A stretch of DNA of 64,000 nucleotides from Gammaproteobacteria bacterium (GCA_026981935.1 JALSIC010000002.1:5281-69280), one strand, 5' to 3'. Numbered from the stretch's first letter, positions 42,528-54,192 are shown. Translations and numbers: made by a program. Notes: a model not told the origin generated them from the sequence alone.

Positions 42528-45500
42528 TGCGTCAGCTCCCGATGTAATTGCTGCAAACTGTACACGTCGTAGTTGTCCGTCTGCTGCAAGGCCAGGCAGG
42601 TCGCCAGGGCCCCGGTGATGGTGGTCACATAGGACACCTTGTGCTGCAGGGCCTCGCGCCGGATGGCGTAGGAATCGGCGATGGCCTGCCGGCCGTCGGT
42701 CGTATTCACAATGAGACTGATTTCCCCGTTCTTGATCATGTCCACGACATGGGGGCGACCCTCTGCCACCTTGTTGACCCGTTCGCAGGGCACACCCGCG
42801 GCCTCCAGCGTCCGGGCCGTGCCCCGCGTCGCCAGCACCCGGAAACCCAGGGCCACCAGCGTCCGCGCCACTTCCACCGCACGGGCCTTGTCCGCATCGC
42901 GGACGCTGACGAAGGCCTTGCCCCCCCGGGGCAGGTCAACACCCGCCGCCAGCTGGGATTTGGCAAAGGCTTCGGCAAAACTGCGTCCCACGCCCATCAC
43001 CTCGCCGGTGGATTTCATCTCCGGCCCCAGGATGGGATCGACGCCGGGAAACTTGGCAAAGGGAAACACCGCCTCTTTCACGGAATAATAGGGCGGCAGG
43101 ACTTCCCTTGTCACCCCCTGCCCGGCGAGCGTCTGCCCCACCATGCAGCGGGCCCCCACCTTGGCCAGCGAAACACCGCAGGCCTTGGAAACAAAAGGGA
43201 CAGTACGCGAGGCACGGGGATTGACTTCCAGGACATAGATCTCGCCTTCCTTGACCGCGAGCTGCACGTTCATCAGCCCCACCACGCCCAGTTCCCGGGC
43301 CAGCAGGCCCACCTGTTCCCGGATGCGGTCCAGTACCGCATGGTCCAGGCTGTAGGGCGGCAGGGAGCAGGCCGAGTCGCCGGAATGGACGCCGGCCTGT
43401 TCGATATGTTCCATGATGCCGCCGATGATCACGTCGCTGCCATCACACACCGCATCCACGTCCACCTCGATGGCATCGTCCAGGAAACGGTCCAGCAGTA
43501 CCGGCGAATCGTTGGAGACCTGCACCGCCTCGCGCATGTAGCGGCGCAGGTCGTCTTCATGATAGACGATCTCCATGGCCCGCCCGCCCAACACATAGGA
43601 AGGCCGCACTACCAGGGGATAGCCGATCTCGCGCGCCAGGACAATGGCCTCCTCGGCGGTGCGGGCAGTGCGGTTGGGCGGCTGACGCAGTCCCAGGCGC
43701 TGGAGCAAGTGCTGAAAGCGCTCCCGGTCCTCGGCAAGATCGATGGCATCGGGGCTGGTGCCGATGATGGGGGCGCCGGCCGCTTCCAGATCCCGCGCCA
43801 GCTTCAAGGGCGTCTGGCCGCCATATTGCACGATGATGCCGCGGGGCCGCTCCAGAGCGACGATCTCCAGCACATCCTCCAGGGTCAGGGGCTCGAAGTA
43901 AAGCCGGTCCGAGGTATCGTAATCGGTGGACACCGTCTCAGGGTTGCAGTTGACCATGATGGTCTCGTAGCCGGATTCGCTCATGGCAAAGGCCGCATGC
44001 ACGCAACAGTAGTCAAACTCGATCCCCTGTCCAATGCGGTTGGGACCGCCGCCCAGCACCATGATCTTGTCCCGCGACGTGGGCGCCGCCTCGCATTCCT
44101 CCTCGTAAGTGGAATAGAGATAGGCAGTGGCCGAGGCGAATTCCGCAGCGCAGGTATCCACGCGCTTGTACACGGGCCTGATACCCAGCTCATGACGCCG
44201 CGCACGCACCGCACCCTCATCCGTTCCCAGCAGTTTCGCCAGGCGACGGTCGGAGAATCCCATGCGCTTCAGGCGGCGCAGCCCGGCTTCATCCAGCCCG
44301 TCCAGACGCCGCCCGGCGAGGCCCTGTTCGGCCCGGACAATGGCCTGGATCTGGACCAGGAACCAGGGGTCGATGGCGCTCAGCTCGTATATCTCCCCCA
44401 CGTCCATGCCCCAACGAAAGGCATCGGCCACATACCAGATGCGATGCGGACCGGGGGAACGCAGCTCCTGGTGCAGGATGTCACGCGCATCGGCCGCGCC
44501 CGGGTCGAGGCGCTCGTCCAGGCCGTCCGTCCCCGTCTCCAGGCCGCGCAAGGCCTTCTGGAGTGATTCCATGAAGGTGCGGCCGATGGCCATCACCTCG
44601 CCCACCGACTTCATCTGCGTGGTCAGGCGGGCCTCCGCCTGGGGAAATTTCTCGAAGGCGAAACGGGGAATCTTGGTCACCACGTAATCGATGGCCGGCT
44701 CGAAGGAGGCCGGGGTGGCTCCCCCCGTGATCTCGTTGCGCAATTCGTCCAGGGTATAGCCCACCGCCAGTTTCGCCGCCACCTTGGCAATGGGGAAACC
44801 CGTGGCCTTGGAGGCCAGCGCCGAGGACCGCGAGACGCGGGGATTCATCTCGATCACCACCATGCGCCCGTCCTCGGGATTGATGGCGAACTGCACGTTG
44901 GAGCCCCCGGTATCCACGCCGATCTTGCGGAGGACGGCGATGGAGGCATCGCGCAGGCGCTGGTATTCCTTGTCGGTCAGGGTCTGGGCCGGCGCCACGG
45001 TGATGGAATCGCCGGTATGCACCCCCATGGGATCCAGGTTCTCGATGGAGCAGACGATGATGCAGTTGTCACGGCGGTCACGCACCACCTCCATCTCGAA
45101 TTCCTTCCAGCCCAGCACGGACTCCTCGATGAGCAGCTCGCTGGTAGGCGAAAGGTCCAGGCCACGCTGGCAGATGGTTTCGAATTCCTCCCGGTTGTAG
45201 GCGATACCGCCACCACTGCCTCCCAGCGTGAAAGAAGGCCGGATGATGGTGGGATAACCGATACTGGCCTGTACCTGCAGGGCCTCTTCGAGGCTGTGGG
45301 CGATGGCCGCGCGGGGACAGGCCAGGCCGATCTCCGCCATGGCACGGCGGAAACGTTCCCGGTCCTCGGCCATGTCGATGGCCTCGCGGCTGGCGCCGAT
45401 GAGTTCCACGCCATATTCCTCCAGCACCCCCCGGCTGGCCAGATCCAGGGCGCAGTTGAGCGCCGTCTGTCCGCCCATGGTGGGCAGCAGCGCATGGGGA

Positions 45501-45745
45501 CGCTCCCGCGCGATGATCTTCGCCACCGTCTCCCAGCGCACCGGTTCTATATAGGTGGCGTCCGCCATGGCCGGGTCGGTCATGATGGTGGCGGGATTGG
45601 AGTTCACCAGGATGATGCGGTAACCCTCCTCTCGAAGAGTCTTGCAGGCCTGGGCACCGGAATAATCGAACTCGCAGGCCTGACCGATGACGATAGGCCC
45701 GGCACCGATGATGAGAATACTTTCGATGTCGTTGCGCCTGGGCAT
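42524..45745 (-). CDS. carB: Carbamoyl-phosphate synthase large subunit
   Basis: [11 protein letters not shown], two ATP-grasp halves, MGS domain. Confidence 0.98.
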   Translation of the reverse strand: MPRRNDIESILIIGAGPIVIGQACEFDYSGAQACKTLREEGYRIILVNSNPATIMTDPAMADATYIEPVRWETVAKIIARERPHALLPTMGGQTALNCALDLASRGVLEEYGVELIGASREAIDMAEDRERFRRAMAEIGLACPRAAIAHSLEEALQVQASIGYPTIIRPSFTLGGSGGGIAYNREEFETICQRGLDLSPTSELLIEESVLGWKEFEMEVVRDRRDNCIIVCSIENLDPMGVHTGDSITVAPAQTLTDKEYQRLRDASIAVLRKIGVDTGGSNVQFAINPEDGRMVVIEMNPRVSRSSALASKATGFPIAKVAAKLAVGYTLDELRNEITGGATPASFEPAIDYVVTKIPRFAFEKFPQAEARLTTQMKSVGEVMAIGRTFMESLQKALRGLETGTDGLDERLDPGAADARDILHQELRSPGPHRIWYVADAFRWGMDVGEIYELSAIDPWFLVQIQAIVRAEQGLAGRRLDGLDEAGLRRLKRMGFSDRRLAKLLGTDEGAVRARRHELGIRPVYKRVDTCAAEFASATAYLYSTYEEECEAAPTSRDKIMVLGGGPNRIGQGIEFDYCCVHAAFAMSESGYETIMVNCNPETVSTDYDTSDRLYFEPLTLEDVLEIVALERPRGIIVQYGGQTPLKLARDLEAAGAPIIGTSPDAIDLAEDRERFQHLLQRLGLRQPPNRTARTAEEAIVLAREIGYPLVVRPSYVLGGRAMEIVYHEDDLRRYMREAVQVSNDSPVLLDRFLDDAIEVDVDAVCDGSDVIIGGIMEHIEQAGVHSGDSACSLPPYSLDHAVLDRIREQVGLLARELGVVGLMNVQLAVKEGEIYVLEVNPRASRTVPFVSKACGVSLAKVGARCMVGQTLAGQGVTREVLPPYYSVKEAVFPFAKFPGVDPILGPEMKSTGEVMGVGRSFAEAFAKSQLAAGVDLPRGGKAFVSVRDADKARAVEVARTLVALGFRVLATRGTARTLEAAGVPCERVNKVAEGRPHVVDMIKNGEISLIVNTTDGRQAIADSYAIRREALQHKVSYVTTITGALATCLALQQTDNYDVYSLQQLHRELTQ

Positions 45746-45750
45746 CAGAG

Positions 45751-45785
45751 GACGGAGGATGGAGGACAGAGGACAGAAGACAGAA
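45751..45785. repeat. Heptamer array (GACRGAG-like), 5 units, filling the carA-carB gap
   Basis: gacggag gatggag gacagag gacagaa gacagaa. Confidence 0.85.
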
Positions 45786-46988
45786 TCATGTGGGGGCGCC
45801 TTCCTTGCGGGCCTGCATCAGGTGAATAAAGCGGTCGAACAGGGGCGCCGCGTCGCGGGGGCCGGGACTGGCCTCCGGGTGTCCCTGAAAGCCGAAGGCC
45901 GCCCTGTCGGTGCGTTCGATACCCTGGAGGGTGCCGTCGAAAAGCGAACGATGGGTGGCACGCAGATTCTCCGGCAGGCTGGCCTCGTCCACCGCGAACC
46001 CGTGGTTCTGGCTGGTGATCATCACCTGCCCCGTTGCCAGGTCCTGGACCGGATGGTTGGCGCCGTGATGGCCGAACTTCATTTTCACGGTGCGGGCACC
46101 GCTGGCCAGGGCCAGGAGCTGGTGCCCCAGGCAGATGCCGAACACCGGTATGTCCGCTGCCAGGATCTCACGAATGGCCGCGATGGCATAGTCACAGGGT
46201 TCGGGATCACCCGGCCCGTTGGAAAGGAACACCCCGTCGGGCGCCATGGCGAGCACCCGGGCGGCAGGCATGCGGGCGGGCACCACCGTGACGCGGCAAC
46301 CCCGGTCCACCAGCATGCGCAGAATATTGCGCTTCACCCCGTAGTCATAGGCCACCACGTGCCAGGGCAGGTGCGCTTCCAGGGGATGGGGGGCCGCAGG
46401 CACCCCGTGCTCGAAGGTCCAGCTCCCCTGGGCCCATTCATAGGGGATACCGGTGGACACCTCGTCGGCCAGATCCATGCCCTGCAGGCCCGCGAAATCC
46501 CGCGCCGCCGCCAGCGCCGCATTCACATCCACCGCCTCGCCCGCCATGATGCACCCGCCCTGCGCGCCTTCCTCGCGCAGGATGCGGGTGAGGCGCCGGG
46601 TGTCGATGTCAGTGATTCCCACCATGCCATGGCGACGGAGAAAACCGACCAGGCTCTCACGGGCCCGCCAGTTGCTGTCGATGAGGGGCAGATCGCGGAT
46701 CACCACCCCGGCAGCGTGGATACGGGAAGACTCGTCGTCGTCCTCATTGGTACCGGTATTGCCGATGTGGGGATAGGTGAAGGTGATGATCTGGCGCGCA
46801 TACGACGGATCGGTGAGAATCTCCTGATAGCCCGTCATGGCGGTGTTGAATACCACCTCTCCCACCGCCTGCCCGACACGCCCCAGGGCCGTGCCGCGGA
46901 AAACGCTGCCATTGGCCAGGGCCAGAACGGCCTCCTGCGCCCCCCCCGTCTGAGGCCCCATGTCAGGCATAGAAAACGGGAGAAGCAT
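45786..46988 (-). CDS. carA: Carbamoyl-phosphate synthase small subunit
   Basis: [31 protein letters not shown]. Confidence 0.97.
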   Translation of the reverse strand: MLLPFSMPDMGPQTGGAQEAVLALANGSVFRGTALGRVGQAVGEVVFNTAMTGYQEILTDPSYARQIITFTYPHIGNTGTNEDDDESSRIHAAGVVIRDLPLIDSNWRARESLVGFLRRHGMVGITDIDTRRLTRILREEGAQGGCIMAGEAVDVNAALAAARDFAGLQGMDLADEVSTGIPYEWAQGSWTFEHGVPAAPHPLEAHLPWHVVAYDYGVKRNILRMLVDRGCRVTVVPARMPAARVLAMAPDGVFLSNGPGDPEPCDYAIAAIREILAADIPVFGICLGHQLLALASGARTVKMKFGHHGANHPVQDLATGQVMITSQNHGFAVDEASLPENLRATHRSLFDGTLQGIERTDRAAFGFQGHPEASPGPRDAAPLFDRFIHLMQARKEGAPT

Positions 46989-47092
46989 GCCGACTTCTCC
47001 CGTCTCCAGAAACGCTGCTTTGAATGACCCGGTACCCCATCATGATGCGCAACCGGGGCAGATTCTACCATCAAGGCGCGCGGGGTGTCCAT

Positions 47093-47148
47093 GACGGAGG
47101 ACGGAGGACAGAGGACAGAGGACGGAGGATGGAAGACGGAGGAGGGAG
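47093..47148. repeat. Heptamer array (GACRGAG-like), 8 units, upstream of carA
   Basis: Counted directly. Confidence 0.88.
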
Positions 47149-47249
47149 AACAGGAGATGGCAGCCAGGGCGGATCGCCGGGTTGTACCCGGCATCAAGCC
47201 CCGGCCCGCCACAAGCCCGGCGCTGAGACCGGGACATCAACAACCAGCA

Positions 47250-48008
47250 TCAAAAACCGGCATACAGCCCCAGGTAGAACCCGGAGAACTCGATGTTGGC
47301 ATAGGAATCATCGAAGTCGTCCAGGTCCAGCTTGAGTGAACGATACCCCAGGTCCACGCCCACCACCCAGGGTGTGTCATAGGTGACCCGCACGGTGTAG
47401 TCGTAGAACTTGCTGTCCTGATAACCGATATAGCTGCCATCCGCGCTCACCGCCAGCCCCGTGAAGGGCAGATCCACCCCCACGCCACCATAGAGCATGG
47501 GCACCCAGCCCGAGACCTCGGCCTCTTCAGTGGTGGACAGCGTCTGGCTGGTAATGCGTGCCTTGCTGCTCAGGTACTTGGCATTGATACCGAAATCGAG
47601 GCTGACCACGTTGTCCAGGGGCTGGTAATAGAGCGTGACATCCACCTGGTCGAGTTCCAGGGCGCTGTCCACGGGTTCATTGACGCTGAAATTGGCACCA
47701 CCATAGGTAAAGTTGGCGGTCATCACGCCACTGGCTTCGGTATCGATCGTGGTCTTGCTGAGACGGATATTGGGCAGCAACGGCACGGGGTGCTCCAGCT
47801 GGACATAGCCAAACACCAGGTTATCGTCGCTGTAGCCCAGATCGTCCTGGACATCGATGTCATCCGCCGGATCCGTACTCTGGTAACGGGCGAACCCCTC
47901 GATGTCGTAACTCCAGTAGGCCAGCCCGGCCCTGACCCCCAAGGTATCCGCCACCGCAGCACCGCCACCCAGCAGCAGGCACAGAACAACAGGCAGTCTC
48001 AGTCTCAT
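47250..48008 (-). CDS. Outer-membrane beta-barrel protein (TIGR04219-like)
   Basis: Signal peptide, EHPVPLLPNIRL, DVTLYY, C-terminal Phe. Confidence 0.75.
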   Translation of the reverse strand: MRLRLPVVLCLLLGGGAAVADTLGVRAGLAYWSYDIEGFARYQSTDPADDIDVQDDLGYSDDNLVFGYVQLEHPVPLLPNIRLSKTTIDTEASGVMTANFTYGGANFSVNEPVDSALELDQVDVTLYYQPLDNVVSLDFGINAKYLSSKARITSQTLSTTEEAEVSGWVPMLYGGVGVDLPFTGLAVSADGSYIGYQDSKFYDYTVRVTYDTPWVVGVDLGYRSLKLDLDDFDDSYANIEFSGFYLGLYAGF

Positions 48009-48088
48009 CACACCCGGCACCCTCGTGTTGTCGTATGAAAAAATCCTTTCAAACCAATGTGGTATGATCTTGATCAGGCACGTAGCAC

Positions 48089-48168
48089 GTAGCCCGGATG
48101 AAGCGCGAGCGGAATCCGGGAACGGCGTTTACACGGATTCCGGCCCTTGAGACCTGCATCCAGGCTAC
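48089..48168. repeat. GTAG-type REP doublet, copy 1
   Basis: GTAGCCCGGATG...AATCCGG...CCGG...CATCCAGGCTAC inverted pair. Confidence 0.85.
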
Positions 48169-48213
48169 ACGATGATCATCATTCGACAATAAGACTCAAT
48201 GGAAACAGTCCGA

Positions 48214-48972
48214 TCAAAAATCATAAACCACGGTCACCGCCGATTTGACGTCGGTCTTGTCCGTGTCGGGCGGCACATCGGTATTGTGCGTCACCCTGAC
48301 TGACATTTTAACGGCCAGTTGGCCGATGACCTTAACCTTGAGTTCGCTGAGCGAATCCGTCACGGCGTTGTCCTCGCCGATTTCGGAATACAGTTCCTGG
48401 AGAAATTCGCTGGTTTCGCTGAGCTGCCACTTGAACTTCCCTGCCACGCGGCCCACGGCCTCGCTGACATCTCCGGTATCGATGTAGGCCGTCTTGCGGC
48501 CGCCGGCGCCGATCTCCAGCTCCAGCAGCAGGTCCTCTTCGTGCAGGATCTTGCGCCCGATACCGACCGAGCCCACGAGCCGGTAATCGTAGCCGGCAAA
48601 ATCGTCCTGCTCGTAGCGCGCCGTCGCAAAGCTGAACTGCCGGTCCGACCACTTATAATGGGACTGGCCCTGCAGGAAAGAATTCTTGGCCGTGGTCCGG
48701 CCCGAGTCCTCGTTGCGGATGGCATTGTAACGCAGCTCGTGCGCCCACCGCGGCCGGGCGTTCTCCACCTTGGCCTTGAGCACGATGTTCTCGATATCGG
48801 TATTGCCCGTCGTCCGGACATAACCGAGTTCCACCTCGCCACCCCATCTGATATCCGCATCACCCGGCGCGTCCACGGCCTGCGCATCGCTCATCACCAT
48901 CAGAAAAAACGCCGCAGCAGGCACCACGGCACAAGCACGCAAACCATCACGGAAAGTCCCCACAGCCAACAT
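48214..48972 (-). CDS. DUF481/YdiY-family outer-membrane beta-barrel
   Basis: GEVELGYVRTTGNT, YEQDDFAGYDYR, C-terminal VVYDF. Start uncertain. Confidence 0.82.
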   Translation of the reverse strand: MLAVGTFRDGLRACAVVPAAAFFLMVMSDAQAVDAPGDADIRWGGEVELGYVRTTGNTDIENIVLKAKVENARPRWAHELRYNAIRNEDSGRTTAKNSFLQGQSHYKWSDRQFSFATARYEQDDFAGYDYRLVGSVGIGRKILHEEDLLLELEIGAGGRKTAYIDTGDVSEAVGRVAGKFKWQLSETSEFLQELYSEIGEDNAVTDSLSELKVKVIGQLAVKMSVRVTHNTDVPPDTDKTDVKSAVTVVYDF

Positions 48973-49071
48973 CCTTTGTCCCCTTCTTGTTTATTTGGCA
49001 AAAGCAGGGAGGCTAGGCGAGAGCCGCAGCCCTGTCAAGCAAAAGGCAGGTCGATGGCCCGGACGATCTCC

Positions 49072-49557
49072 CTATCTTCCGCCTTCCGTCCCCTGCCCCC
49101 TGTTCTCTGTCCTCTGTCCTCCGTCCTCCGTGCTCTGAAACCGGCAACCGTGCCGGATACAGAACTGCAGCCATTCCCTGAGGAACAGATTGACCTGGCG
49201 CTTCTCGAAGGGCTGGTACATGTGCGGATTGGGATAGTCGTAGACGGGCAGAAAGCGGGAATGGCGCTGATAGGCGGTCACCTCGGCCAGGCGGGCATCG
49301 TGATAGGCGCGCACCTGCAGGTGCATGTCGGCCACCAGCCGGCTGTTCACGCTGAGGTAATGGGTGATGGAAAACAGGGAGGTATACTTGCACTGCTCTC
49401 TCATATGGATGAACAGCACGGGGCGACCGTGCAGCTTCGACACCACCGACCCCCGGATCTCGCGCAGGCGGGGCAGGATGTACAGCAGGCGCCGGTAATT
49501 GCCCTCGTAGACCTGCATCATGTTGTAAAGGTCGGGCTTCCTTCTCACCAGCTGCAC
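49072..49557 (-). CDS. DUF1249 (YqiB-like) protein with a repeat-encoded C-terminal tail
   Basis: YEGNYRRL, VRAYHDARLAEV, EKRQVNLFLREWL. Confidence 0.85.
   Translation of the reverse strand: MQLVRRKPDLYNMMQVYEGNYRRLLYILPRLREIRGSVVSKLHGRPVLFIHMREQCKYTSLFSITHYLSVNSRLVADMHLQVRAYHDARLAEVTAYQRHSRFLPVYDYPNPHMYQPFEKRQVNLFLREWLQFCIRHGCRFQSTEDGGQRTENRGQGTEGGR
49077..49137. repeat. Degenerate heptamer array (about 9 units) inside the 3' end of the DUF1249 gene
   Basis: ctctgtc ctctgtc ctccgtc and variants, encoding [20 protein letters not shown]. Confidence 0.8.
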
Positions 49558-49736
49558 GGCACATACCCCTGTTCAAATCACCTGACGACATTATCGCTTC
49601 GCGCCGGGGGCGCTGCTTCTCCCACGTTTCCATTTCCCTCCGCGAAAGCGCCTCCCGGATCGCGGATCTCTCATTCCTTCTATATCATTTCGCGCCGCCG
49701 TAGGAAATCTTGACTTCGGTGAAAATTTGTAGATAC

Positions 49737-49816
49737 GTAGCCCGGATGGAGCGCCAGCATAATCCGGGAACGGTGTTTCCCCGGATTCCGGTCCTGCGGA
49801 CCTGCATCCGGGCTAC
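49737..49816. repeat. GTAG-type REP doublet, copy 2, bracketed by 25-bp direct repeats (49710-49734, 49849-49873)
   Basis: Similar to 48089-48168; DR TTGACTTCGGTGAAAATTTGTAGAT. Confidence 0.88.
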
Positions 49817-49872
49817 ACGATGGCTGCCGAATTTATGCAATGATCAGGTTGACTTCGGTGAAAATTTGTAGA

Positions 49873-50649
49873 TCACTCATCATCCATCCCGCCGCCGCGG
49901 CGCAACACCTGCTGCAAGGGCTCCAGCAGATCCATGGGGAGGGGAAAGACGATGGTGGAACTCTTGTCCCCCGCGATCTCGGTGAGCGTCTGCAGATAGC
50001 GCAACTGCAGGGCCTGGGATTGACGGGACAGGATCTGCGAGGCCTCCAGCAGTTTCTGCGAGGCCTGCAGCTCGCCCTCGGCATGGATGATCTTGGCGCG
50101 CCGCTCGCGCTCCGCCTCCGCCTGGCGGGCAATGGCGCGGATCATGCTCTCGTCGATGTCCACGTGCTTGATCTCCACGTTGGCCACCTTGATACCCCAC
50201 GCGTCTGTCTGCTGGTCCAGGATCGCCTGGATGTCCCTGTTGAGCTTGTCCCGCTCCGAGAGCATCTCGTCCAGTTCGTGCTGGCCCAGCACGGAACGCA
50301 GCGTGGTCTGGGCCAGCTGGCTGGTGGCCATGTCGTAGTTTTCCACCTGGATGATGGCCTTCTCGGGATCGATGACGCGGTAATAGATCACCGCATTCAC
50401 CTTCACCGAGACGTTGTCCTTGGAAATGACATCCTGGCTGGGCACATCCATGACGATGGTGCGCAGATCCACGCGACGCATCTGCTGGATGTAGGGTATC
50501 ACCAGGCGGATGCCGGGCCCCTTGACCTTCCAGAAATGACCGAAAGTGAATACCACACCCCGTTCATACTCGAAGATGATGCGGATAGCGGTGGCGAAAA
50601 AGGCGATCACCACCCCCACGATGATGTAAATGGCCGTTGCACTGATCAT
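49873..50649 (-). CDS. SPFH/stomatin-like (slipin) protein
   Basis: [42 protein letters not shown]. Confidence 0.93.
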   Translation of the reverse strand: MISATAIYIIVGVVIAFFATAIRIIFEYERGVVFTFGHFWKVKGPGIRLVIPYIQQMRRVDLRTIVMDVPSQDVISKDNVSVKVNAVIYYRVIDPEKAIIQVENYDMATSQLAQTTLRSVLGQHELDEMLSERDKLNRDIQAILDQQTDAWGIKVANVEIKHVDIDESMIRAIARQAEAERERRAKIIHAEGELQASQKLLEASQILSRQSQALQLRYLQTLTEIAGDKSSTIVFPLPMDLLEPLQQVLRRGGGMDDE

Positions 50650-52028
50650 TGCCGCTCTCCTTTTCCGCTGGATTGTTCGACAGGCTCCACCACCAGGGTC
50701 AAGCCATCCACTTCCACGATCCGCACCCGCTGCCCCGGCACCAGGGGGTGCTGTGCGCGCGCAGCCCAGGACTCGCTGTGCACTCTTACCCGCCCTTCAC
50801 AACCCCCTCCCTCGATCACCTTGGCCTCGATCACCTCGCCCTCGCTGTGCAACAGCTCCTCCACGCCGCTGACCACCGGGCGGCGCCGCGCCTTTACCAC
50901 CATGGCGATGACCAGCATGAAAAAGGCGGCGCTGAGCAGGGCGAAGGCCCCGATGAGGGGAATGGAGATTCCATAACCCGGCACGTCCGTGTCCAGGAGC
51001 ATGATGGAACCGATGACGAAGGCGATCACGCCGCCGATGCCGAGGGCGCCGAAACTGGGCACGAACACCTCGGCGATCATGAAGGCGATACCCAGCAGCA
51101 TCAGCGCCAGCCCGGCATAGTTGATGGGCAGCACCTGGAAGGCGAACAGGGCCAGCAGCAGCGAGATGGTGCCCACCACGCCGGGCAGGATCATACCGGG
51201 GCTGGCAAATTCATAGATCAGGCCGTAGATCCCGATGAGCATGAGGATGTAGGCCACGTTGGGATCGGTGATGAGGGCCAGCAGCCGGGTGCGCCAGTCG
51301 GGTGCCTGACGCTCCACGGTCACACCCTGCGTCGCCAGCGTCACCTCCCGCCCCAGCACCTGCACCTCGCGGCCATCGAGCTGTGCCAGAAGGTCCGCCA
51401 GATCGCCGGCCAGCAGCTCGATCACCCCCGCGGCCCGGGCCTCCTCGGCGGAAAGGCTGACACCCTCGCGTACCGCCCGTTCCGCCCAGTCGGCATTGCG
51501 CCCCCGCATCTGGGCCAGCCCGCGGATGTAGGCCACGGCGTCATTGACGATTTTCCGGCTCATGGCATCGCGGGGCGATTCACCTCCAGCCCCGTCTTGC
51601 TCTTCTTCCTTCCCTTGCGCCCCCTTGTCCCTCCCGCCACCGGGCATGCCGCCCAGCTGCACGGGCGTGGCGGCACCCAGGCTGGTGGCAGGCGCCATGG
51701 CCGCCACATGCGTGGCATACAGGATATAAGTACCGGCGCTGGCGGCCCGTGCCCCGCCAGGGGCGACGAAACCCACCACCGGCAATGGGGAGGCAAGGAT
51801 GTCCTGCACGATATCGCGCATGGCGGTATCCAGTCCCCCCGGCGTATCCAGCCGCAACACGATCAGCCGCGCACCCCGCTCAGCCGCCCGCCGCAGCCCC
51901 CGCCCCACGTAATCCGCCGTGGCCGGCCCGATAGCCCCCTCCACCTCCAGCACCACCACCAGGGGGCGATCGACAGGTACCACGGGCGCCTGCTGGGCCA
52001 TCACCCACGATGGCAGCCACCACAGCAT
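50646..52028 (-). CDS. nfeD: NfeD family membrane-bound serine protease (long form)
   Basis: LDTPGG, AASAG, GAATPV, C-terminal OB-fold; overlaps the SPFH start. Confidence 0.92.
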   Translation of the reverse strand: MLWWLPSWVMAQQAPVVPVDRPLVVVLEVEGAIGPATADYVGRGLRRAAERGARLIVLRLDTPGGLDTAMRDIVQDILASPLPVVGFVAPGGARAASAGTYILYATHVAAMAPATSLGAATPVQLGGMPGGGRDKGAQGKEEEQDGAGGESPRDAMSRKIVNDAVAYIRGLAQMRGRNADWAERAVREGVSLSAEEARAAGVIELLAGDLADLLAQLDGREVQVLGREVTLATQGVTVERQAPDWRTRLLALITDPNVAYILMLIGIYGLIYEFASPGMILPGVVGTISLLLALFAFQVLPINYAGLALMLLGIAFMIAEVFVPSFGALGIGGVIAFVIGSIMLLDTDVPGYGISIPLIGAFALLSAAFFMLVIAMVVKARRRPVVSGVEELLHSEGEVIEAKVIEGGGCEGRVRVHSESWAARAQHPLVPGQRVRIVEVDGLTLVVEPVEQSSGKGERQ

Positions 52029-52164
52029 CAACACACCGAGATGAAAGGGGGTGGGAAATGAGACACGAAACACGCGGGCACCTCCTCATTGCACCGACGC
52101 CTACCATGATACGCCCAATGGCGCAGAAATGTCGGTTGAGAGAAAGGAGATGACGAAGGGGCGC

Positions 52165-53508
52165 TCAGTGTCGTGCCAGGCACAGGGCCAGGCGGGCACC
52201 GCCCATGGGAGCTGCTTCGATGCGACATTCGCCTCCGTAGGCAGCGGCGATGTCCTGCACCATGGCAAGACCGATGCCATGGCCGGGCACGGTGTCGTCG
52301 CCGCGTGCGCCCCGCTGCAACAGGCGCTGGACCGCGTCGGCTGCAATGCCGGGACCGTCGTCGTCCACCACGATCTCCAGCCCCCGGTCCACCTCGCGCG
52401 CCGTCACCGCGACCCTGCCGCGGCACCACTTGCAGGCATTGTCCAGGAGATTGCCCAGCATCTCCATGAGGTCGGCCTCGTCGCCGGCGAAACGCAGCGC
52501 GTCGGGCACCTCGATCTCCCAGGCGATGTCCTTGTCGGCATAGACCTTGTCCAGGGCCTGGACCACCTTCTCCACCAGGGGACGCACCTCAACCGGCGCC
52601 GCCATCACCGAGGGACCCGAAGTGGCACCCCGTTGAAGCTGGTATTCGATGATGCGTGACATGCGCGCGACCTGCTCCTCCACCACGCGGCGCAGCTCCT
52701 CGGGTGAAGACGGGCTCTCCACCGTGCTGCGCAGCAGCGCGAGGGGGGTCTTGAGACTGTGGGCGAGATCGTCGAGGGCGTGGCGGAAACGGCGCAGGTG
52801 TTCACGCTCACTGTGCACCAGGGCGTTGAGATTGTCGGTGAGCGCCTGCAGTTCGCGGGGATACCGGCCTTCCAGCCGGGTCTTGATCCCGGCCTCGATG
52901 TCGCGCAATTCGGCGGCCACCTGACGCAGGGGGCGCAGGCCCCAGCGCAGGATGAGGCCCTGGACCGCCAGGAGCACCACCGCCACCATGCCCAGCGCGC
53001 CCCACAGGGTGCGGCGGAAACCGCGGATGTCCGCTTCCAGCGTATCCAGCACCTCCGCAACGCTGAAGGTGTAGCTGCGCGCCGGCCCGGCCGCCTCCTG
53101 CCAGCTCACGCCGAGGTTGAAGCTGTAGAGACGCAGACCACCGGGCGTCTCCAGCTGCTGGAAGCGGCGCTCGCCACGGCGCAGGCCACCGGGAAAGGGA
53201 ATCGCCAGCCCCGCCGCCGAGGGTGACACCCACGCATAACGGCCGTCGTTGCGCAGCACCTGGCCATAGAGACCGGAACCCGGCGTGAACAGGCGCGGAA
53301 TGGGCAGGGCGTTGGTGATGTGGACCTCCCCCTTGGCATCGGGCTCCATGACCGCCACCAGGGCATAGGCGTAACCCTGCAGGCGCTCCTGCAGGGCCGC
53401 CTCGGCACTGTGCCGGTAGGCACTGTCCAGCACCAGGCCGGTGATGCCGAAAAAGGCCGCCAGCACCGTCGTGGCCGCCAGCAGGATGCGCGTGTGCAGA
53501 GAAGCCAT
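52165..53508 (-). CDS. PhoQ/CarS-like sensor histidine kinase
   Basis: Two TMs, HAMP, DLAHSLKTPL, GNLLDNACK, DDDGPG, GHGIGL. Confidence 0.9.
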   Translation of the reverse strand: MASLHTRILLAATTVLAAFFGITGLVLDSAYRHSAEAALQERLQGYAYALVAVMEPDAKGEVHITNALPIPRLFTPGSGLYGQVLRNDGRYAWVSPSAAGLAIPFPGGLRRGERRFQQLETPGGLRLYSFNLGVSWQEAAGPARSYTFSVAEVLDTLEADIRGFRRTLWGALGMVAVVLLAVQGLILRWGLRPLRQVAAELRDIEAGIKTRLEGRYPRELQALTDNLNALVHSEREHLRRFRHALDDLAHSLKTPLALLRSTVESPSSPEELRRVVEEQVARMSRIIEYQLQRGATSGPSVMAAPVEVRPLVEKVVQALDKVYADKDIAWEIEVPDALRFAGDEADLMEMLGNLLDNACKWCRGRVAVTAREVDRGLEIVVDDDGPGIAADAVQRLLQRGARGDDTVPGHGIGLAMVQDIAAAYGGECRIEAAPMGGARLALCLARH

Positions 53509-54192
53509 TCAGGCGTCGCTCCGCGGCAGGGTGAAGCGATACCCCCGCCCGCGCAGCGTCTCGATGGGCTGCAGGCGGCCCGCCGGATCCAGCTTGCGTC
53601 GCAGGCGGGCAATGAAGACCTCGATCACGTTGCTGTCGCGGTCGTAGTCCTGATCGTAGAGATGTTCGGTGAGCTCGGTCTTGGAGATCACCTCGCCGCT
53701 ATGGAGCATGAGATATTCCAGGGCCTTGTACTCATAGGCGGTCAGATCCACGGCATGTCCGTCCACCGTGACCGCCTGGCGCCTCAGATCCAGGCTCACC
53801 GGCCCGCAGCGCAGCAGGGAACGGCTCCAGCCCGCGGCGCGGCGCAGCAGGGCCTTGAGCCTGGCCAGCAGTTCCTCCATGTGAAATGGCTTCACCACGT
53901 AGTCGTCTGCACCGGCATCCAGCCCTTCCACCTTCTCCTGCCAGCGGCCCCGCGCGGTGAGAATGAGAATGGGGAAGCGCCGCCCTTCCTCCCGCAGGCG
54001 CCGGATCACCTCGATGCCCGACAGGCGCGGCAGGCCCAGATCCACCACGGCCACGTCGAATGGATACTCGCGCCCCAGATAGAGGCCTTCCTCCCCATCG
54101 GCGGCGGCATCCACGGCATAGCCCGCTGCCTTGAGGCGCGCCGCAAGCTGCTCCCGCAGGGAAGGCTCGTCCTCGATCACCAGGATGCGCAT
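53509..54192 (-). CDS. OmpR/PhoP-family response regulator
   Basis: MRILVIEDE, VDLGLP, GADDYVVKPF, ETLRGRGY. Confidence 0.93.
   Translation of the reverse strand: MRILVIEDEPSLREQLAARLKAAGYAVDAAADGEEGLYLGREYPFDVAVVDLGLPRLSGIEVIRRLREEGRRFPILILTARGRWQEKVEGLDAGADDYVVKPFHMEELLARLKALLRRAAGWSRSLLRCGPVSLDLRRQAVTVDGHAVDLTAYEYKALEYLMLHSGEVISKTELTEHLYDQDYDRDSNVIEVFIARLRRKLDPAGRLQPIETLRGRGYRFTLPRSDA

Noticed and set aside
49873-52028. NfeD-SPFH pair as a novel system
   Set aside because: A well-known, widespread conserved gene pair
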